Positions 34,680 through 47,007 of a stretch of 64,000 bases of DNA are shown one piece after another. Within the stretch, counting starts at the first letter, position 1, and every line of letters begins with the position of its first letter. The DNA comes from Bugula neritina (Eukaryota > Animalia > Bryozoa), in assembly GCA_964035545.1 (NCBI GenBank), contig OZ037770.1, forward strand, positions 4,682,662 to 4,746,661. The letters run 5' to 3'. Made by a program: the position numbers and the translations under genes. The notes under the pieces were generated by a model that worked only from the letters and a program-made list of their open reading frames with translations, did not search any database and was not told the origin of the DNA.

Positions 34680-35802
34680 TACTGGACAAGTCAAAATCTG
34701 AGTGCAAATTAAACTTGTTTTACAAAACAATGTTGTGAGAGAATCTAATGTCAGCTGTCAAGTGTGGTTACTGCAGAGTGTGTTGTACTGTGGACAGTAA
34801 ACTTCTAACACTCAGTTTGATTGGCTTAACAGGAATATCTGGTCAGTTACTTACAACAAACCAGCCACTGTGTAACATATTAATATAACACTGAAGTAAA
34901 GATTTACACTATAATCTGATTGGTATAGATATATCATTTGCCTACATCAGTGTTGGTATATTTAGCTTGCCTCCAAGGACTGCATTGTGCAAACAAATTT
35001 CTCATTGACCAATGGAGACAGTGCTATTGCAGGCACAAATTCATTCAAACAGTTCTATCAAATTAAATAAGGGCTTACACTATAATCTGATTGATATAAA
35101 AATACATTATTATTTGCATAAGCTTTTATATATGTCAGCATATTAAACCAACTGAGCAACTGGAAGTAGGAAAAGACAAACATCTGGTTGAATGAAAGCT
35201 AATGTTGTCACAAAATATTCCGCTAAAAATGTAAAATGAAACTGAAGTTGCATTTCATACTTTCACAACTTTCAGTCAAAAATTCAATTTGGTCAAATTA
35301 AACATTTTACCAAGTTGAATTGCATTGGAAAAGCCAGTTGCAAAAGTCTTCAATTGTGACAACCTAATTAGCCAATTTTAAAATAACACTTAAAAAAGAA
35401 GATAACTCCTTGTGGATGGTGATATTCAGTTATGACTTTAAAGACTAGATGACATATTTAAAGTATGTTTATAATTATATTGGCTACGCCTTTTATTATT
35501 ACTTTAAATTGCAATCAGCTTTACAAATTAACTACAGTCTCAAATGACTTCAAATAGCAATTAAGTCAGCCATATTTGACTGTTAGAAAGTGAGTTTCAG
35601 CAGCAATAAGATTTCAATGGGTTTCAATAATTTATTATAAAAGAGTACTCGCTCAAGTGAAATTGACTGAAACCGGCACTTTTTTCGAAATAAAAATAAA
35701 AATCAGCAACTAGTAGTTCGAGACATCAATGTAATTAATATTTCAGATGTCAAATCATGGTTATAGTAAAAGAGGGGTATCGTCACATTGGCAGTGAGAG
35801 GT

Positions 35803-37497
35803 TACTGAGAAGAGGACACCGAGAGGAGGATACTGAGAGGAGGATACTGAGAGAAGGGTAGTGAGAGGAGGATACTGAGAGGAGGATACTGAGAGGAGGA
35901 TACTGTGAGGAGGGTACTGAGAGGAGGATACTGTGAGGAGGATACTGAGAGGAGGGTACTGAGAGGAGAATACTGAGAAGAGGGTACTGAGAGGGTACTG
36001 AGAGGAGGGTACTGAGAGAAGGATACTGAGAGGAGGATACTGAGAGGAGAGTACTGAGAGGAGGATACTGAGAGGAGGATACTGAGAGGAGGATACTGTG
36101 AGGAGGGTACTGAGAGGAGGATACTGTGAGGAGGGTACTGAGAGGAGGGTACTGAGAGGAGAATACTGAGAAGAGGGTACTGAGAGGGTACTGAGAGGAG
36201 GGTACTGAGAGAAGGATACTGAGAGGAGGATACTGAGAGAAGAGGATACTGAGAGGAGGACACTGAGAGGAGGATACTGAGAGGAGGACACTGAGAGGAG
36301 GATACTGAGAGGAGGGTACTGAGAGGAGGATACTGTGAGGAGGGTACTGAGAGGAGGGTACTGAGAGGAGAATACTGAGAAGAGGGTACTGAGAGGGTAC
36401 TGAGAGGAGGGTACTGAGAGAAGGATACTGAGAGGAGGATACTGAGAGGAGAGTACTGAGAGGAGGATACTGAGAGGAGGATACTGAGAGGAGGATACTG
36501 AGGGGAGGATACTGAGAGGAGGGTACTGAGAGGAGGGTACTGAGGGGAGGATACTGAGAGGAGGATACTGAGAGGAGGATACTGAGAGAAGGATACTGAG
36601 AGGAGGGTAGTGAGAGGAGGATACTGAGAGGAGGATACTGAGAGGAGGGTAGTAAGAGGAGGGTACTGAGAGGAGGATACCAAGAGGAGAGTACTGAGAG
36701 GAAGGTACTGAGAGGAGGGTACTGAGAGGAGAATACTGAGAAGAGGGGAATGAGAGGAGGGTACTGAGAAGAGGATACTGAGAGGAGGGTAGTAAGAGGA
36801 GGGTACTGAGAAGAGGATACTAAGAGGAGAGTACTGAGAGGAGGGTACTGAGAGGAGGGTACTGAGAGGAGGGTACTGAGAGGAGGGTACTGAGAGGAGG
36901 GTACTGAGAGGAGAGTACTGAGAGGAGGGTACTGAGAGGAGGGTAGTGAGAGGAGGGTACTGAGAAGAGGGTACTGAGAAGAGGATACTGAGAAGAGGGT
37001 ACTGAGAGGAGGATACTGAGAGGAGGGTACTGAGAGGAGGGTATTGAGAGGAGGGTATTGAGAGGAGAGTACTGAGAGGAGGGTACTGAGAGGAGGATAC
37101 TGAGAGGAGGACACTGAGAGGAGGATACTGAGAGGAGGGTACTGAGAGGAGGATACTGTGAGGAGGGTACTGAGAGGAGGGTACTGAGAGGAGAATACTG
37201 AGAAGAGGGTACTGAGAGGGTACTGAGAGGAGGGTACTGAGAGAAGGATACTGAGAAGAGGATACTGAGAGGAGAGTACTGAGAGGAGGATACTGAGAGG
37301 AGGATACTGAGAGGAGGATACTGAGGGGAGGATACTGAGAGGAGGGTACTGAGAGGAGGGTACTGAGGGGAGGATACTGAGAGGAGGATACTGAGAAGAG
37401 GATACTGAGAGGAGGGTACTGAGAGGAGGGTACTGAGAGGAGGATACTGAGGGGAGGATACTGAGAAGAGGGTATTGAGAGAAAGGTACTGAGAGAA
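35803..37497. repeat. 14-bp purine-rich minisatellite (TACTGAGAGGAGGR)n, ~1.7 kb
   Basis: Roughly 120 tandem units with recurring variant blocks (higher-order structure). It explains the spurious SSQYPPLS ORFs in all three minus frames. Confidence 0.95.
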
Positions 37498-37582
37498 GTT
37501 TATGCTGTTACAGAGCCCGGTACGGCAATGTGTGAACAAGGGGATAGTCTTCTTTGCCCCAATTTGTTCAGATAACCATAAT

Positions 37583-37640
37583 ATTGCATTGCATTGCATT
37601 GCATTGCATACGGATAATGTATAATGCATTGCATTGCATT
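37583..37640. repeat. (GCATT)n microsatellite
   Basis: Two short runs of TTGCA repeats. Confidence 0.8.
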
Positions 37641-38499
37641 AGGTCAAACAAGTGTTTGGTTAAACTGACCAAGTTAAACAAAAGTTAGGGTAGATGCTCA
37701 GTGGCTCATTTCTATACTACATATAAATATATATTCTTCAACTAAGCTATAATAATATGCACAATATAACTGATACAATATCATATAATACATGTTGTTC
37801 ATGTTGCTATATACTTGGTAAAAGCGTTCATCACTCAATCACAACCAAGCAATATAAGTTATTCATGAAGTTCTAAAGTGTGACTGTACAAGGAAAAAAT
37901 TATATCACCTCACTAGTGCCCAACTGCTAGCTACTAATAAATGTCACACGCATCAACGAAAATATAAAACAAAGTCATGCAATACTAGAATGAAAAAACA
38001 ACATTAACTATTAGATGCATATTATGTTGATTTTATTTTTAGAATATATTCACAGACATTATTTTAAATTAATCTTCATAAGACTAACTTATAAAATGTG
38101 ATAAATATAAACTCAAGACTGGTAAATTTAGTATATTCTCACAAAAAATATATGTTTTGTAGTGGAAATTTCAGATCAAATTACATGTTTATTAAAATGG
38201 TAAATCACTATAATTGATAAACAATACTTTTGATTTGATAAGTTTTACAGGGGCTAGTCCTAACTAATGTAGTATTTACCATGTACTGTGGTATTAACAA
38301 ATTTAGTATTGACCATGTACTGTGGTATTAACTAATGTAGTATTGACCATCATGTACTGTGGCATTATAAACTACTGTAGTTTTAACCACTACAATATAC
38401 CTTACTAGTTAACACTCGTGGATGTCTTAGATAAGCTTAGGTTAAGTTTCTGAAGAAAACCATAACTTTGCGTTGCTCAAAAATTTCTTAAGTCAGATG

Positions 38500-39254
38500 C
38501 ACAGGATAGTTAAGGGCAACCTTTTAGTTCTAGCTGCTATGCTGATGATGCATTGTTATCATATAAGAAATCAGTCCCAGTAAAATAAAATCTTACCTAA
38601 TTATGCTAGAATCAAAATTTAAAAACTATGTTGTAGATAGCTTTCTTCCTCAGCGCGGTTTTTTTGGAATTTTTAATTTTCCATTTTTTGGCTAAGCTAC
38701 AGACAAAAAACTACCCTTTTTCTCCTATTTTTAGCTGAAAAAACATCATGTCAGTCCCAGTAAAATATCTCAGCAGGAAAACATAATATCTGAAAAAAGA
38801 AAACACTGTTGGAATCCTGAGATGTTTCTGCAGCGTGGTTTTTGTAATGTTTTTAATAGCTTTTATAGATTTTCTATAAATTAGTGATTTATACGCTGAA
38901 AATGAGATAATTTTTCTTTATTAATAAGCACTGCGCATCACTTCACGCTTCAGTGAACGCGTAGAGATGAGAAGATTTTGGCTTGTCCATTACTAATTAC
39001 AGACCTGCTAGACTACAAGCTAGTGAATAGCTTGGTGTGTAATTCATTTATAGAGTAGCCACAATGGAATGTTGATATATAATGCAGCCCTAATTGAGCT
39101 TGCTGTTTATTGGTCATAGTCTAATATTAGGCTAAACATACACAGGCAGGCAACACGCATGCCACCCACAGAACAATATTATAGCAAGAACCTAGACTAC
39201 ATTGTGAGCTAAATTTATGATATTCTTAGTAAGGATGCCCTTAACTATCCTGTG
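38500..39254. mobile_element. MITE, CMC/EnSpm-like, copy 1
   Basis: TIR CACAGGATAGTTAAGGGCA..TGCCCTTAACTATCCTGTG with 2-bp TSD TG. Homologous along its length to 41005-41754 in inverted orientation. Confidence 0.85.
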
Positions 39255-41004
39255 TGTGCAGTCAATAATAACTGGGTGACTAATTTTATTGTGATAAAAG
39301 GGAGATGACTCGCATCAAGTAACATGAAAAGTTGACATGAAAGTAAACATATTTTTTAGTTGACTTCTCTGTAAATCATTATAGTAACAACTTCTACACA
39401 CTGTGCCGTATGTTATATAGGGACTCCCTCACCTGCTTTAACTTATATTACTGCTAATATTAGTGGGTATTTAAACTGTGTGAAAGAATAACACAAATAG
39501 TTCACTTTGTATGTGTACATTTAGCAGTGCTTTTGTTAGCTCTAACCGATACAATTTTCTCACAAAGAGAACAAAATGCAGCATTACTTCTTAATTAAAA
39601 TTATATTGAGTATTATTTTTGCTTTGAAAAAAGTTTTTGTTTAAACTGGCAAATCTAAACAATGCTGTAAAAATATACACAATGGCTGAGCACAATGATC
39701 ATTTTTAATATTTGAGCCGGCAAATCTAAGCAGCACCCTAAAATTTCTATTAACTGCTGTGTATGTTGCCATGTACTCAGTATGAACATTATTAAGTCAA
39801 TTATATGTTTTTGTTGCAGCTGCATAGTAACAGGAGGAGTAACAAATCAACAGGCAGTTGACTTTTACTTCAACATTGCAAGTCGAGGCTGAAGGATCGT
39901 TTGAGTGTAGAAACTACAACTAGAGACTAGCCATTTGTAGTAAATGACAACTAGTAACTAAGAAGTGACAACCAGCAACTCTCTAATAATCAACAGCTCA
40001 CCCTTATCCTGAAAAGTAAGTTTCAAAGTTGTTCCAATAAATTTTAAGTTGGCTCCTAATTGCAGTGATTGTGTCTCACAGTTGTAATAATTACACAAAT
40101 CTATACACTGACATAAGTCATACAAATGTCATTTACTTCCCATGTAATAGAAGTATAACTGATTCAGTTTAATTACTATGACTAAATAATATTATGTAAG
40201 AGAAAACATACCTTATTTGATATTATAATTGGGCTTTTATGAGGTGCAGTATCTGATATAGAATTACTATAGTGAATTCGTAAGAAACCAATGCTCAAAA
40301 CATTTACAATCTTTGTTACAAGAGAAAAGTGAAAACTGTTATTCGGTCAGAAGGTAGACTTGTTGATAAGAAAAGTTTAAGTCTGACTACACACATAACT
40401 GCATTATGGTAATTAAGCCTTTCATCCTACTTATATGTGGTTTAGTATTGTTATCTGCTTCGTCTATTAAAGGCAAACTGTTTACAGCGTAGTGACTGTC
40501 GTCTGGCCATTCTCCCTTTGCTAATATGTCGTTATCTTGCTATTTAAATTAAATCATCTCGAGGGTCAGTCAATAAGTAGGTAGTGAGAATTTAGTTATA
40601 ACTTTTCATTCGAATGGGAGAGAGCTTTACAATTTTTTTCACTTTTCAACATAATCCTTTTATTTTTTATGCATTTGTTCCACCTTCCTACAAAATTTTT
40701 AATTTTGGCCTCCTATTTCTCTGGCTCCTCTCAAGGGTGGCTGGCTTTTGCAATCTTGCCTGCTCTGCGGGTGAGTGTGAGTTTCCTTAGCTATCTTAGC
40801 TATATTGAAAACATACATAGAAAAGCTTTCTACAGTACAGCTAGTGCTAACTAAAAGACCTCTGGCACTTGATAATAGCAGGAGCTAGTGAACTAGCTGA
40901 TATTTGTTGAGAGCAAAAATAGTAGGTCATTTATATTAATTGTATTGTTTCTTTTTTTGTGGATTACAGCTGTTTGTAGTTTTCATATTGTTTATTTATG
41001 TTTA

Positions 41005-41754
41005 CACAGGATAGCTAAGGGCATCCTCACTAAGAATATCATAAATTTCTCTCAAAATGTAGTTTAGGTTCTTGAATAATATGGCTTTGTGGGTGGCATG
41101 TGTGTTGCCTACTTGCAATTGTTTAGCCTAAGATCAAACTACAACCAATAAGCAGCAACCTTCATTAGGGCTGCGTAATCTATCAACATTTCATTATGGG
41201 TGCTACATAAACAAAGTACAAAGCGAGCTATTCATTATAGCCTGCCAGCTAGCAAGCCTGTAATTAGTATGTTAGCGCCAATATCTTCTCATCCCTACGT
41301 GCTCATTGAAGCATGAAGTACTGCAGCTGCTAATTTTCTATGAAAAAATATAGCATTTTCAGTGTATCAATCACCAATTTATGGGCAATCTAGAAGAGTT
41401 ATTGGAAAAAAAAAGTTGCACTGGAGAAATATCTCAGGATTCCAGCAGTGCAATTTTTATTCAGATGTCATGTTTTCCTGCTGAGATATTTTACTGGTAC
41501 TGAAAAGTCAGCTTTTCAGGCAAAATTGGTCAAAATTGGGCAGTTTTTTGTCTATAACTTTGCAAAAAAATGAAAATTGAAATTTACAAAAAACTTACAC
41601 TGGGGAAAAAGAAGATCTACAACATAGTTTTTAAATTTTGACTCTAGCACAATTAGGTGAGATTTTATTTTACTGGTACTGAATTCTTATATGATTACAA
41701 TGCAAACCTCAGCAAGGCAGTTGCAGCTAAAAGGTTGCCCTTAACTATCCTGTG
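41005..41754. mobile_element. MITE, CMC/EnSpm-like, copy 2 (inverted)
   Basis: TIR CACAGGATAGCTAAGGGCA..TGCCCTTAACTATCCTGTG with 2-bp TSD TA. Confidence 0.85.
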
Positions 41755-41884
41755 TATGCTGATATTATTTAAGTTTTGAATTGCAATTGCAGTCTTTACG
41801 ATGTCAATAGAAGTCAATCAGTGTCAAATGAGATCAACCAATGTAATCTTAGAATAATAATATAATAAAGGACATCAGTGAGTA

Positions 41885-43700
41885 TTTATTGCCCAAAATC
41901 ACAGCCTATTTCACTACACCCCCCACGCCCACCGCAAGGATGGGGATGTCCTCTAACCGTGGATTTAGGATTGGGACTGGCTAGTCTAGAGTTGTAAGTT
42001 AAGAGGGCGGTTTTGGTTTGAGATTTCGCTCCGTTGTCCTGGGGACAAAGATCTCCCACTCTATGGTTCATGTCACCCTTCCTCTGGTATTTAGTTGACA
42101 AGTAGGCTCCAGTAAGGGGGGCTTCTCCAACTGCCTCTGGGCTGACATGGTAGGGCTTCAGATGCTGCTGGCTGGCTCTAAGCTGAAATCCGCTCAGAGT
42201 GTTCAACATGGTATGCGTTGTTCGGCAGTGTTTCCACCACACAATAAGGACCCACAAACTTGGGCTGTAACTTAGCCGACTGTCTGCGTCTCTTACGATA
42301 ACTGACCATTCAAACCCAGTTTCTAACCTGGTATAGGGGAGGCTTTTCTGAGTCTTCCGTCCGTACCTTCCACTGCTTCTCTCACAGGATGGTGTCTTCT
42401 TTCAGCTAGCTTACTATACTTCAAGGTAGTGTAATGATGCCGTAGAAAATAATACATGATTTGTCTGCCAATGTGCATCTTCATAGGGCTCAAGGTTCAT
42501 CCGCTGTTGGGCACCACGAATGGCAAAGAGATGCCAGCTCAAAAGGTTAGTAGTGCACCCAATGTTCAGTAAGAATGTGGCAGTTTTACCCAAAACATTT
42601 TTATGTAGGAAGTAGCTGCTTTCATATGGCTGGGTACTCCTGGAGCGGTTAGTCTTTGGGGGAGACACTACATGAGTCTTTATAGAGGGCCTTCTCTTCG
42701 TCTTGACGTCACCGGAGATTTCTGAGTTTAGGAGGGTAAATTCGGGAACTCATTTGAGTGAGCTGAATCCTCCTCTACAACCTCCTCGGGCAACTTCGCA
42801 AACCGGTTGTAAAGCTGCAAATCCTGAAGATCAGGTAGACATTGCGGTCTCTGAAATCTCCAAAGTGCTTGCCACCTTGCATGATGAGGCTCTACCCAGT
42901 TACAAAATAGTCAGGCAGGAGGTTCGGATAAACCTTTCGACCTCCAACTCCAATGTGTTTGCCATTCAATATCAACAGGCCCCTTGGGCGTCTTCCTGGA
43001 CTTTTCCACAGATGAGGCTGGCTTGGGGCCTATGGTTGGCAAAAGTTACCATGGACCTTGAGCGTTTAAAGACACCCATCTTTCATTAAGACAGTGTCTT
43101 TACACATGTCCTGATATGCCACCATTCTAACAAGTGAGATGTAGGGATCGAACAGAGTTTTCCCAAGATTTGAGAGCCTGCCTGTCAGCCTGTTTGAGTT
43201 GTAGCTCCGCCACCGTAGTCTGCAGGCGCTTCATCATGTCCATCAACATGGTCAGCTCCGGTGACCTAGTGGTGACCTAGTGACCTAGTGACCTGAACAT
43301 ATGTAAAAAAACAAAAATTGTTGCTTCTCCTAAAGCCTGGATAGCTGAGTGACATTTTTAAAAAAAGCAGGGTTTGCATTGCAACAAGCATTTTGATATT
43401 ACTGGGAGACAGGTCGAGTTGAAATTGACCAGTTTCCTACCTGTACGCACCCACCTTCTCTATCTGTTTTTCAGCGTCAGAGCAAGAAGGGTGTCTCCGT
43501 CCCCCTGTACATTTTGGTACTGCTTACAGTTCTCTTTAGGTTGTCAGCTCAGTTCATCTGCATTGACATAGTTCTTCCCGGGTTGCGTTTCAATTTGGGA
43601 GGAAAACTCATCAAGGATCTCAAGCCAATGCACGACCAGACCCATTATCTCTTTCTAGCAAAGAGTGGAGCTTTCCGACAAACAAACCAGCTGGTTACTC
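41885..43700 (-). mobile_element. Heavily deleted Gypsy relic related to the 10148-17322 element
   Basis: Fragments SSYFL..TFLLNIGCTTNLLS (protease) and integrase C-terminus (KLQPKFVGPY-like at ~42245-42275; ..KPYHVSPEAVGEAP) parallel the more intact element. RT and RNase H are missing. Ends are approximate. Confidence 0.7.
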
Positions 43701-45124
43701 TACCAGAGCTATGAAAAGATTGATGCATTGTACTAAAAATCATCTGTGTATATCTAGCTAAATCAGGTTATTGCATGGCTAACTGTACCCTTTCATGTTT
43801 CTTTTCCACGACTCCTAACCTGGAAATTTTCCTACAGTTCACTCTACAGTAAACTGTTGCCCAAATTCCAAATAATATTCAGCTTTGCACAGCCTGCACT
43901 CCCCACTATAAAGGTTTGTCAAAGTTGTCAACACAAAGAAGCTAAGGCCTTACCAATAACAACACTGATTTGATAAAGTATATATGGCGCTCTTGTCTTT
44001 CGAGAACGGCATTGCTTGACAAAGTAGAATCAATTTACTGTTACCTGTAGGAGACACTACTACCAATGTCAAGAACATAATACTTTTTGGAAACCAATTA
44101 ATAGAAAGCATTTCACCTGGAAATTGCATTCTCCTTTTTGCATTGCAAAAAAACTATGTTCAATAAGCTAGATTCTAAGAATGCAAAAATTTTCACAATA
44201 TGGTTGTTTCTGATAATTTGATGCAACATTTGTAGCAGTATGTATCAAAGTTGTATATCATTTTGATGGTGATAATAGATACTAACCTAATTCTTAGCTT
44301 TACTATGCATGTAAATTTTTTAAATATGATTACTATCCTAATTACTATACATTTTATCTGCTCAACTGCATTACCAACAGTGACTGTAATAGAAAAAATG
44401 TGATTATTAGTTATGATGAAGCTACACTACGGCATTTTAAATTATAACTTAATATTGATATTAAACATGCTTTCAACTAAGTTGAAAGTTCGGATTAAAG
44501 TCTTTTATTGCATTTTCTTTGCATTCCTCAGAATAGCCAAACCTTACTAGTATAATTGCATGATTTTTTGAAAGGGCAGTCAGCTAATAACATCTGGTTA
44601 ACTAGCTTTTGAGTTACTGCAAGTGGCATATGCTCCTAATATAGCACATTATAAATAATCTAACATTTTTAAAAGATGATGAAATGCTGCTGAAAATTAA
44701 TCTTTTATTCATCAATTACTGTATACAATATTACTTTGTTTAATTCTAATGCGTAGAATATGACTCCATTTATATGTAATGAGTAAAATAATATTGTCTT
44801 TTTATATTCAATGAAGGGAATGCTCAATGAACCAGTTTGATTAAATTGTATGTATCTGTCATAGAAATTATTTGATTTAAAGAGATTATATTTGCATAAA
44901 TCAATTACTAGTCACTAGTTACATACTTCGACTGTTTTTGTGTTCATGTTGATTGCTTCTTTCAGAGATAATCTTGTTATTTTTATAGATGACTGTATGT
45001 GTCTGGATATGAAATATGATGCAGAATCTGCTGGTTCAGCCTCCAACTGGTGGATCTCTGGGTATGTGTATTTAAACTATTTATTCAACTCCTGACTTGA
45101 CTGATTGTCACTGTGAATAGTTAG

Positions 45125-45632
45125 CACTAATATTCTACCTTACACTAATATTCTACCTTACACTAATGGTCTACTTTACACTAATACTCTACCTTACACT
45201 AATATTCTACCTTACACTAATATTCTACCTTACACTAATATTCTACCTTACACTAATATTCTACTTTGCACTGATAGTCTACCTTACACTAATAGTCTAC
45301 CTTACACTAATATTCTACCTTACACTAATATTCTACCTTACACTAATAGTCTACTTTACACTAATACTCTACCTTACACTAATATTCTACCTTACACTAA
45401 TATTCTAGCTTACACTAATAGTCTACATTGCACTAATGTTCTACCTTACACTAATACTCTACCTTACACTAATAGTCTACCTTACACTAATATTCTACCT
45501 TACACTAATGTTTTACCTTACACTAATAGTCTACCTTACACTAATATTCTAGCTTACACTAATAGTCTACCTTGCACTAATGTTCTACCTTACACTAATA
45601 GTCTAGCTTACACTAATAGTCTAGATTACACT
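45125..45632. repeat. 18-bp minisatellite (CACTAATATTCTACCTTA)n
   Basis: About 28 tandem units, giving the spurious YLTLIF ORF. Window positions 1-21 match its terminal unit, so a copy probably also precedes paralogue 1. Confidence 0.95.
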
Positions 45633-47007
45633 GGGTGACTGGAGAACACAGGTATTCTGGTAGCTGTGTAGGTATCTTCACCTCACTGTCATCACTCTAA
45701 ACACTCTTCTGGTAATCATCTCTTCTCAGCAGTAAAGTTATATTAAGAGTAGAAATAGTAAAACTAGGTAAGTCTCTAATTAGTACTACAGAGTAGGAGA
45801 TACAGACTACAAGTCTCTGTGTATGTAGCCTTGTTATCTAATGATACACATTAGGTATAGCAGTGCATAGGTATGCTGAAGGGTATCATCTTTTATAGTT
45901 TGTTCAGCATCGAACAATAGAATATAACAATGGCAGATTAAATGTGATTTTTTATATAGCTATTCTATTTTCATCATATAAGTATAACTATGAGAGGATA
46001 AGCTATAAGGATTGTCTTTACTTATCATTCTATAGAGTTTCTGATCGCTAATTCATGTTTGGTTTCATTACACATTATTTGCTATGCTAACTTGACTAAA
46101 CAGAAAGTGCTATACTTATATATGAAACAATTAAGAGTGTAGCTATAAGTTGTATGTTTTATTGAGTCTAAATAAATACAAAATACTTAATTTGAAAAGG
46201 TGAACATAAGCTACTACAAGACATGTTTCAATAGCACTGTAGCTAGTAGAGGTCAGTAATCTTGTAGAATTAGTCATAAATGGTGGAATTTCTGATTTTC
46301 AATATGTCTCCATATTAGACTGCATAGTGCTGTGTTTATATATATATAGCCATGTTGTAGTACTTGGTCTATTTATATAAGAGGTTATAAATTACTGGGT
46401 GATGATTATTCGATACAGCTTCAGAAGTTCAGAAGTAAAATATTATGTAATACTTCTGCCTTTGAGGAATTTCTGAATCCAGTTTAGGATTCTGCTGTTA
46501 CACTGTTTTAACTATCTTGTAGTTTGTGTATTAAACCACTACTATTGGATGCTGTTACACTGTTATATTTAATTACCTTTTTGTATAAGAATATATGTGA
46601 CTGTATCTAGCTTTGTTTATCCCACTATATAAGTGATTGAAATATTCCAAAAATTCCTTTGATATGAGTTTTTTGCATTTTCCGTAAACTGTGTTAAGTC
46701 AAATAAAAACTTTGAGCCGCAACTTATTCAACTTGTTTGATGCAAAGAAATATTAGTTATGATTATTTATTTATATATAATAAATAATAAATTATATAAG
46801 TGTTTAAGAAAGTTGTCAAAATCCTTGAATAAAGTTTGTTGACCTGATGTTTTGTTCAGCCCTCTCTGGGAAAATTTATGTACTACAATACTGAAAATAG
46901 CAGGTGACCATATTTTATTACTTCATGGATAATAAATGTTTTAGATGGAGTTGCTACACCTTAGCTGATAATTATTACCAAGAAGGACAATCTACTATTT
47001 GGTAGCC

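Noticed and set aside
35761-37629. Long ORFs of 176-443 aa (SSQYPPLS repeats)
   Set aside because: Artefacts of a 14-bp minisatellite that reads open in all three minus frames.
45166-45408. 80-aa hydrophobic YLTLIF-repeat ORF
   Set aside because: Translation of the 18-bp minisatellite.
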